Below are positions 54,401 to 64,000 of a DNA stretch of 64,000 bases, in pieces. Position 1 is the stretch's first letter; every line of letters starts with the position of its first letter. The translations under genes were made by a program, and so were the position numbers. Under the pieces are notes generated by a model, which searched no databases, was not told where the DNA came from, and saw only the letters and a list, made by a program, of their open reading frames with translations. Location: the NCBI GenBank assembly GCA_964016885.1, contig OZ024742.1:375968001-376032000 (forward strand), written 5' to 3'. The DNA is from Eledone cirrhosa. Its lineage: Eukaryota.

Positions 54401-57400
54401 TGACACTAGTACCAACCTAGTAAACACCAGCTCTGGTTATATAAAACTAGATAGAGAACAACTGGTATTGACACTAGTACCAACCTAGTAAACACCAGCT
54501 CTGGTTATATAAAACTAGATGGAGAACAACTCGTATTGACACTAGTACCAACCTAGTAAACACCAGCTCTGGTTATATAAAACTAGATAGAGAACAACTG
54601 GTATTGAGACTAGTACCAACCTAGTAAACACCAGCTCTGGGTATATAAAACTAGATGGAGAACAACTGGTATTGACACTAGTACCAACCTGGTAAACACC
54701 AGCTCTGGTTATATAAAACTAGATAGAGAACAACTGGTATTGACACTAGTACCAACCTAGTAAACACCAGCCCAGGTTATATAAAACTAGATAGAGAACA
54801 ACTGGTATTGACACTAGTAGCAACCTAGTAAACACCAGCTCTGGTTATATACAACTAGATAGAGAACAACTGGTATTGACACTAGTACCAACCTAGTAAA
54901 CACCAGCTCTGGTTATATAAAATTAGGGAGAGAACTGGTATAGACACTAGTACCAACCTAGTAAACACCAGCTCTGATTACATAAAACTAGATAGAGAAC
55001 AACTGGTATTGACACTAGTACCAACCTAGTAAACACCAGCTCTGGTTATATACAACTAGATAGAGAACAACTGGTATTGACACTAGTACCAACCTAGTAA
55101 ACACCAGCTCTGGTTATATAAAACTAGATAGAGAACAACTGGTATTGAGACTAGTACCAACCTAGTAAACACCAGCTCTGGTAATATAAAACTAGATAGA
55201 CAACTGGTATAGACACTAGTACCAACCTAGTAAACACCAGCTCTGGTTATATAAAACTAGATAGAGAACAACTGGTATTGACACTAGTACCAACCTAGTA
55301 AACACCAGCTCTGGTTATATACAACTAGATAGACAACTGGTATTGACACTAGTACCAACCTAGTAAACACCAGCCCTGGTAATATAAAACTAGATGGAGT
55401 ACAAATGGTATTGACACTAGTACCAATCTAGTAAACACAAGCTCTGGTAATATAAAACTAGATAGAGAACAACTGGTATTGAGACTAGTACCAACCTAGT
55501 AAACACCAGCTCTGGTTATATAAAACTAGATAGAGAACAACTGGTATTGACACTAGTACCAACCTGGTAAACACCAGCTTTGGTTATATACAACTAGATA
55601 AAGAACTGGTATTGACACTAGTACCAACCTAGTAAACACCAGCCCTGGTAATATAAAACTAGATGGAGTACACAAGGTATTGACACTAGTACCAATCTAG
55701 TAAACACAAGCTCTGGTAATATAAAAATAGATAGAGAACAACTGGTATTGAGACTAGTACCAACCTAGTAAACACCAGCTCTGGTTATATAAAACTAGAT
55801 AGAGAACAACTGGTATTGACACTAGAACCAACCTAGTAAACACCAGCTCTGGTTATATAAAACTAGATAGACAACTGGTATGGACACTAGTACCAACCTA
55901 GTAAACACTAGCTCTGGTTATATAAAACTAGATAGAGAACAACTGGTATTGACACTAGTACCAACCTAGTAAACACTAGCTCTGGTCATATAAAACTAGG
56001 GAGAGAACTGGTATAGACACTAGTACCAACCTAGTAAACACCAGCTCTGGTTATATAAAACTAGATGGAGAACAACTGGTATTGACACTAGTACCAATCT
56101 AGTAAACACCAGCTCTGGTTATATAAAACTAGATAGAGAACAACTGGTATTGACACTAGTACCAACCTAGTAAACACCAGCTCTGGTTATATAAAACTAG
56201 ATAGACAACTGGTATTGACACTAGTACCAACCTAGTAAACACTAGCTCTGGTTATATAAAACTAGATGAGGAACAACTGGTATTGACACTAGTACTAATC
56301 TAGTAAACACCAGCCCTGGTAATATAAAACTAGATGGAGAACAACAGGTATTGACACTAGTACCAACCCAGTAAACACAATCTCTGGTTATATAAAACTA
56401 GATAGACAACTGGTATTGACACTAGTATCAACCTAGTAAACACCAGCTCTGGTTATATAAAACTAAATAGAGTACATCTGGTATTGACACTAGTACCAAC
56501 CTAGTATACACCAGCTCTGGTTATATAAAACTAGATAGAGAACAACTGGTATTGACACTAGTACCAACCTAGTAAACACCAGCTCTTGTTATACAAAACT
56601 AGATAGAGAACAACTGGTATTGACACTAATACCAACCTAGTAAACACTAGCTCTGGTTATATAAAACTAGTTGAAGAACAACTGGTATTGACACTAGTAC
56701 CAACCTAGTAAACACCAGCCCTGGTAGTATAAAACTAGATAGAGAAAAACTGGTATTGACACTAGTACCAACCTAGTAAACACCAGCTCTGGTTATATAA
56801 AACTAGATAGAGAACAACTGCTTTTGAGACTAGTACCAACCTAGTAAACACCAGCCCTGGTAATATAAAACTAGATAGAGAACAACTGGTATTGAAACTA
56901 GCACCAATCTAGTAAACACCAGCTCTGGTTATATAAAACTAGATAGAGAACAACTGGTATTGACACTAGTACCAACCTAGTAAACACCAGCTCTGGTTAT
57001 ATAAAACTAGATAGAGAACAACTGCTTTTGAGACTAGTACCAACCTAGTAAACACCAGCCCTGGTAATATAAAACTAGATAGAGAACAACTGGAATTGAA
57101 ACTAGCACCAATCTAGTAAACACAAGCTCTGGTTATATAAAACTAGATAGAGAACAACTGGTATTGACACTAGTACCAACCTAGTAAACACCAGCTCTGG
57201 TTATATAAAACTAGATAGAGAACAACTGCTTTTGAGACTAGTACCAACCTAGTAAACACCAGCCCTGGTAATATAAAACTAGATAGAGAACAACTGGTAT
57301 TGAAACTAGCACCAATCTAGTAAACACAAGCTCTGGTTATATAAAACTAGATAGAGAACAACTGGTATTGACACTAGTACCAACCTAGTAAACACCAGCT

Positions 57401-60400
57401 CTGGTTATATAAAACTAGATAGAGAACAACTGCTTTTGAGACTAGTACCAACCTAGTAAACACCAGCCCTGGTAATATAAAACTAGATAGAGAACAACTG
57501 GTATTGAAACTAGCACCAATCTAGTAAACACAAGCTCTGGTTATATAAAACTAGATAGAGAACAACTGGTATTGACACTAGTACCAACCTAGTAAACACC
57601 AGCTCTGGTTATATAAAACTAGATAGAGAACAACTGGTATTGACACTAGTACCAACCTAGTAAACACCAGCTCTGGTTATATAAAACTAGATAGAGAACA
57701 ACTGGTATTGACACTAGTACCAACCTAGTAAACACCAGCTCTGGTTATATAAAACTAGATGGAGAACAACTGGTATTGACACTAATACCAACCTGGTGCA
57801 CACCAGCTCTGGTTATATAAAACTAGATAGAGAACAACTGGTATTGACACTAGTACCAACCTAGTAAACACCAGCTCTGGTTATATAAAAGTAGATAGAG
57901 AACAATGTTATTGATACTAGTACAAACCTAGTAAACACCAGCTCTGGTTATATAAAAGTAGATAGAGAACAATGTTATTGACACTAGTACCAACCTAGTA
58001 GACACCAGCTCTGGTTATATAAAACTAGGGAGAGAACTGGTATAGACACTAGTACCAACCTAGTAAACACCAGCTCTGGTTATATAAAATTAGATAGAGA
58101 ACAACTGGTATTGACACTAGTACCAACCTAGTAAACACCAGCTCTGGTCATATAAAACTAGATAGAGAACAACTGGTATTGACACTAGTACCAACCTAGT
58201 AAACACTAGCTCTGGTTATATAAAACTAGATAAAGAACAACTGGTATTGACACTAGTACCAACCTAGTAAACACCAGCTCTGGTTATATAAAACTAGGGA
58301 GAGAACTGATATACACACTAGTATCAACCTAGTAAACACCAGCTCTGGTTATATAAAACTAGATAGAGAACAACTGGTATTGACACTAGTACCAACCTAG
58401 TAAACACCAGCTCTGGTTATATAAAACTAGATAGAGAACAACTGGTATTGACACTAGTACCAACCTAGTAAACACCAGCTCTGGTTATATAAAACTAGAT
58501 GGAGAACAACTCGTATTGACACTAGTACCAACCTAGTAAACACCAGCTCTGGTTATATAAAACTAGATAGAGAACAACTGGTATTGAGACTAGTACCAAC
58601 CTAGTAAACACCAGCTCTGGGTATATAAAACTAGATGGAGAACAACTGGTATTGACACTAGTACCAACCTGGTAAACACCAGCTCTGGTTATATAAAACT
58701 AGATAGAGAACAACTGGTATTGACACTAGTACCAACCTAGTAAACACCAGCCCAGGTTATATAAAACTAGATAGAGAACAACTGGTATTGACACTAGTAG
58801 CAACCTAGTAAACACCAGCTCTGGTTATATACAACTAGATAGAGAACAACTGGTATTGACACTAGTACCAACCTAGTAAACACCAGCTCTGGTTATATAA
58901 AATTAGGGAGAGAACTGGTATAGACACTAGTACCAACCTAGTAAACACCAGCTCTGATTACATAAAACTAGATAGAGAACAACTGGTATTGAGACTAGTA
59001 CCAACCTAGTAAACACCAGCTCTGGTAATATAAAACTAGATAGACAACTGGTATAGACACTAGTACCAACCTAGTAAACACCAGCTCTGGTTATATAAAA
59101 CTAGATAGAGAACAACTGGTATTGACACTAGTACCAACCTAGTAAACACCAGCTCTGGTTATATACAACTAGATAGACAACTGGTATTGACACTAGTACC
59201 AACCTAGTAAACACCAGCCCTGGTAATATAAAACTAGATGGAGTACAAATGGTATTGACACTAGTACCAATCTAGTAAACACAAGCTCTGGTAATATAAA
59301 ACTAGATAGAGAACAACTGGTATTGAGACTAGTACCAACCTAGTAAACACCAGCTCTGGTTATATAAAACTAGATAGAGAACAACTGGTATTGACACTAG
59401 TACCAACCTGGTAAACACCAGCTTTGGTTATATACAACTAGATAAAGAACTGGTATTGACACTAGTACCAACCTAGTAAACACCAGCCCTGGTAATATAA
59501 AACTAGATGGAGTACACCTGGTATTGACACTAGTACCAATCTAGTAAACACAAGCTCTGGTAATATAAAACTAGATAGAGAACAACTGGTATTGAGACTA
59601 GTACCAACCTAGTAAACACCAGCTCTGGTTATATAAAACTAGATAGAGAACAACTGGTATTGACACTAGAACCAACCTAGTAAACACCAGCTCTGGTTAT
59701 ATAAAACTAGATAGACAACTGGTATGGACACTAGTACCAACCTAGTAAACACTAGCTCTGGTTATATAAAACTAGATAGAGAACAACTGGTATTGACACT
59801 AGTACCAACCTAGTAAACACTAGCTCTGGTTATATAAAACTAGGGAGAGAACTGGTATAGACACTAGTACCAACCTAGTAAACACCAGCTCTGGTTATAT
59901 AAAACTAGATGGAGAACAACTGGTATTGACACTAGTACCAATCTAGTAAACACCAGCTCTGGTTATATAAAACTAGATAGAGAACAACTGGTATTGACAC
60001 TAGTACCAACCTAGTAAACACCAGCTCTGGTTATATAAAACTAGATAGACAACTGGTATTGACACTAGTACCAACCTAGTAAACACTAGCTCTGGTTATA
60101 TAAAACTAGATGAGGAACAACTGGTATTGACACTAGTACTAATCTAGTAAACACCAGCCCTGGTAATATAAAACTAGATGGAGAACAACAGGTATTGACA
60201 CTAGTACCAACCCAGTAAACACAATCTCTGGTTATATAAAACTAGATAGACAACTGGTATTGACACTAGTATCAACCTAGTAAACACCAGCTCTGGTTAT
60301 ATAAAACTAAATAGAGTACATCTGGTATTGACACTAGTACCAACCTAGTATACACCAGCTCTGGTTATATAAAACTAGATAGAGAACAACTGGTATTGAC

Positions 60401-60559
60401 ACTAGTACCAACCTAGTAAACACCAGCTCTTGTTATACAAAACTAGATAGAGAACAACTGGTATTGACACTAATACCAACCTAGTAAACACTAGCTCTGG
60501 TTATATAAAACTAGTTGAAGAACAACTGGTATTGACACTAGTACCAACCTAGTAAACAC

Positions 60560-63500
60560 CAGCTCTGGTCATATAAAACTAGATAGAGAACAACTGGTAT
60601 TGACACTAGTACCAACCTAGTAAACACTAGCTCTGGTTATATAAAACTAGATAGAGAACAACAGGTATTAACACTAGTACCAACCTAGTAAACACCAGCT
60701 CTGGTTATATAAAAGTAGATAGAGAACAATGTTATTGACACTAGTACAAACCTAGTAAACACCAGCTCTGGTTATATACAACTAGATGGAGAACAACTGC
60801 TATTGACACTAGGACCAACCTAGTAAACACCAGCTCTGGTTATATAAAACTAGATAGAGAACAACTGGTATTGACACTAGTACCAACCTAGTAAACACCA
60901 GCTCTGGTTATATAAAACTAGATAGACAACTGGTATTGACACTAGTACCAACCTAGTAAACACCAGTTCTGGTTATATAAAACTAGATAGACAACTGGTA
61001 TTGACACTAGTACCAACCTAGTAAACACCAGCCCTGGTAATATAAAACTAGATAGAGAACAACTGGTATTGACACTAGTACCAACCTAGTAAACACCAGC
61101 TCTGGTTATATAAAACTAGGGAGAGAACTGATATACACACTAGTATCAACCTAGTAAACACCAGCTCTGGTTATATAAAACTAGATAGAGAACAACTGGT
61201 ATTGACACTAGTACCAACCTAGTAAACACCAGCTCTGGTTATATAAAACTAGATAGAGAACAACTGGTATTGACACTAGTACCAACCTAGTAAACACCAG
61301 CTCTGGTTATATAAAACTAGATGGAGAACAACTCGTATTGGCACTAGTACCAACCTAGTAAACACCAGCTCTGGTTATATAAAACTAGATAGAGAACAAC
61401 TGGTATTGAGACTAGTACCAACCTAGTAAACACCAGCTCTGGGTATATAAAACTAGATGGAGAACAACTGGTATTGACACTAGTACCAACCTGGTAAACA
61501 CCAGCTCTGGTTATATAAAACTAGATAGAGAACAACTGGTATTGGCACTAGTACCAACTTAGTAAACACCAGCCCAGGTTATATAAAACTAGATAGAGAA
61601 CAACTGGTATTGACACTAGTACCAACCTAGTAAACACCAGCTCTGGTTATATACAACTAGATAGAGAACAACTGGTATTGACACTAGTACCAACCTAGTA
61701 AACATCAGCTCTGGTTATATAAAATTAGGGAGAGAACTGGTATAGACACTAGTACCAACCTAGTAAACACCAGCTCTGATTACATAAAACTAGATAGAGA
61801 ACAACTGGTATTGACACTAGTACCAACCTAGTAAACACCAGCTCTGGTTATATACAACTAGATAGAGAACAACTGGTGTTGACACTAGTACCAACCTAGT
61901 AAACACCAGCTCTGGTTATATAAAACTAGATAGAGAACAACTGGTATTGAGACTAGTACCAACCTAGTAAACACCAGCTCTGGTAATATAAAACTAGATA
62001 GACAACTGGTATAGACACTAGTACCAACCTAGTAAACACCAGCTCTGGTTATATAAAACTAGATAGAGAACAACTGGTATTGACACTAGTACCAACCTAG
62101 TAAACACCAGCTCTGGTTATATACAACTAGATAGACAACTGGTACTGACACTAGTACCAACCTAGTAAACACCAGCCCTGGTAATATAAAACTAGATGGA
62201 GTACACCTGGTATTGACACTAGTACCAATCTAGTAAACACAAGCTCTGGTAATATAAAACTAGATAGAAAACAACTGGTATTGAGACTAGTACCAACCTA
62301 GTAAACACCAGCTCTGGTTATATAAAACTAGATAGAGAACAACTGGTATTGACACTAGAACCAACCTAGTAAACACCAGCTCTGGTTATATAAAACTAGA
62401 TAGACAACTGGTATGGACACTAGTACCAACCTAGTAAACACTAGCTCTGGTTATATAAAACTAGATAGAGAACAACTGGTATTGACACTAGTACCAACCT
62501 AGTAAACACTAGCTCTGGTTATATAAAACTAGATAGAGAACAACTGGTATTGACACTAGTACCAACCTAGTAAACACCAGCTCTGGTTATATAAAACTAG
62601 ATAGAGAACAACTGGTATTGACACTAATACCAACCTGGTACACACCAGCTCTGGTTATATAAAACTAGATAGAGAACAACTGGTATTGACACTAGTACCA
62701 TCCTAGTAAACACCAGCTCTGGTTATATAAAAGTAGATAGAGAACAATGTTATTGACACTAGTACAAACCTAGTAAACACCAGCTCTGGTTATATAAAAG
62801 TAGATAGAGAACAATGTTATTGACACTAGTACCAACCTAGTAAACACCAGCCCTGGTAATATAAAACTAGATAGAGAACAACTGGTATTGACACTAGTAC
62901 CAACCTAGTAAACACCAGCTCTGGTTATATAAAACTAGGGAGAGAACTGGTATAGACACTAGTACCAACCTAGTAAACACCAGCTCTGGTTATATAAAAT
63001 TAGATAGAGAACAACTGGTATTGACACTAGTACCAACCTAGTAAACACCAGCTCTGGTCATATAAAACTAGATAGAGAACAACTGGTATTGACACTAGTA
63101 CCAACCTAGTAAACACTAGCTCTGGTTATATAAAACTAGATAGAGAACAACAGGTATTGACACTAGTACCAACCTAGTAAACACCAGCTCTGGTTATATA
63201 AAAGTAGATAGAGAACAATGTTATTGACACTAGTACAAACCTAGTAAACACCAGCTCTGGTTATATACAACTAGATGGAGAACAACTGGTATTGACACTA
63301 GGACCAACCTAGTAAACACCAGCTCTGGTTATATAAAACTAGATAGAGAACAACTGGTATTGACACTAGTACCAACCTAGTAAACACCAGCTCTGGTTAT
63401 ATAAAACTAGATAGACAACTGGTATTGACACTAGTACCAACCTAGTAAACACCAGTTCTGGTTATATAAAACTAGATAGACAACTGGTATTGACACTAGT

Positions 63501-64000
63501 ACCAACCTAGTAAACACCAGCCCTGGTAATATAAAACTAGATAGAGAACAACTGGTATTGACACTAGTACCAACCTAGTAAACACCAGCTCTGGTTATAT
63601 AAAACTAGGGAGAGAACTGATATACACACTAGTATCAACCTAGTAAACACCAGCTCTGGTTATATAAAACTAAATAGAGAACAACTGGTATTGACACTAG
63701 TACCAACCTAGTAAACACCAGCTCTGGTTATATAAAACTAGATAGAGAACAACTGGTATTGACACTAGTACCAACCTAGTAAACACCAGCTCTGGTTATA
63801 TAAAACTAGATGGAGAACAACTCGTATTGACACTAGTACCAACCTAGTAAACACCAGCTCTGGTTATATAAAACTAGATAGAGAACAACTGGTATTGAGA
63901 CTAGTACCAACCTAGTAAACACCAGCTCTGGGTATATAAAACTAGATGGAGAACAACTGGTATTGACACTAGTACCAACCTGGTAAACACCAGCTCTGGT
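60560..64000. repeat. Different HOR with 2489-bp period (37 monomers), continuing off the right end
   Basis: GGTCATAT 60570/63059 and CTGGGTAT 61441/63930 both have offset 2489 = 37x68 - (8x3 + 3x1), matching the counted short monomers. Only ~1.4 periods are visible. Confidence 0.75.

Larger units (their letters stand above)
24638..60560. repeat. Homogenised HOR core: about ten consecutive full or truncated HOR copies starting near 24638, 28618, 32592, 36305, 39478, 43059, 46903, 50076, ~53700 (5'-truncated) and 56812
   Basis: The same ordered series of variant monomers repeats (TGCTTTTGAG trimers, GGTGCAC, TTGATAC, GATAAAGAAC, TGATATAC, CTCGTA, CTGGGTA, CCCAGG, TAGCAACC, TGATTACA, CACAATCT, TAGTTGAAG, GAAAAACT). 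Periods are 3980, 3974, 3713, 3173, 3581, 3844, 3173 and 6736 (two copies). Confidence 0.88.
1..64000. repeat. Tandem satellite array, 68-bp monomer (65- and 67-bp length variants), ~950 copies, single orientation, open at both window ends
   Basis: AGAACAACTG at position 1 recurs at 69, giving a period of 68. The same monomer continues on every line to 64000 with only substitutions and 1-3 bp deletions. I saw no reverse-complement copies or foreign sequence. Confidence 0.99.

Noticed and set aside
1-64000. CRISPR array (period 65-68 bp, palindromic segments)
   Set aside because: There are no unique spacers. The entire period is repeated, and there is no leader or cas gene.
1-64000. Minus-strand ORF under a code with TAA/TAG reassigned (the consensus minus strand has no TGA)
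   Set aside because: Absence of one triplet in 68 bp is unremarkable. Variants GGTCAT and TATCAA create minus-strand TGA, 1-bp deletions are tolerated, and I see no codon-position bias.
1-64000. Human beta satellite (68-bp Sau3A family)
   Set aside because: Only the length matches. This consensus is ~37% GC and has no GATC site.
1-64000. Satellite-encoded hammerhead ribozyme, tRNA, 5S or spliced-leader RNA array
   Set aside because: The consensus has no CTGANGA/GAAA core on either strand, no tRNA T-loop or B-box (GTTCRA), and no recognisable structured-RNA similarity. An Rfam/Infernal search would be the formal test.
1-64000. Rolling-circle or sequencing concatemer artefact
   Set aside because: Linked multi-site variants recur in ordered, nested patterns with exact kb-scale offsets, which random error on a single template would not produce. 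The exact HOR copy number could still be misassembled.
1-64000. Telomeric repeat or plasmid iteron/origin array
   Set aside because: There is no G-rich short telomere unit. Iterons are ~20-bp units in a few copies beside a rep gene, and no rep gene is present.

Overview
The whole 64-kb window is one uninterrupted head-to-tail tandem array of roughly 950 copies (64,000/~67.5) of a 68-bp monomer. It runs off both ends, and I saw no inversion, insertion or unique sequence. Consensus (e.g. 5650-5717): GAACAACTGGTATTGACACTAGTACCAACCTAGTAAACACCAGCTCTGGTTATATAAAACTAGATAGA, with 27 A, 16 T, 14 C and 11 G (~37% GC) and no CpG. Length variants of 65 and 67 bp come almost entirely from one indel hotspot. 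I can support no CDS, RNA gene, mobile element or CRISPR array. The informative structure is in the variants, which define nested higher-order repeats (HORs): a 204-bp trimer, a 3980-bp (59-monomer) HOR with a 3173-bp (47-monomer) deletion derivative, a ~7.95-kb duplication, and other local periods (~3.56, 2.0 and 2.49 kb) in the flanks. A homogeneous core (~19-60 kb) with its own variants sits between left and right flanks that share other variants, which is a layered-expansion pattern like that of centromeric satellites. The monomer contains overlapping imperfect inverted repeats, and several recurrent variants make them more perfect. It is most likely eukaryotic satellite DNA (inference). 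I do not recognise the family and cannot identify the organism. Offsets were counted by hand from marker variants, and block boundaries are accurate to about one monomer.
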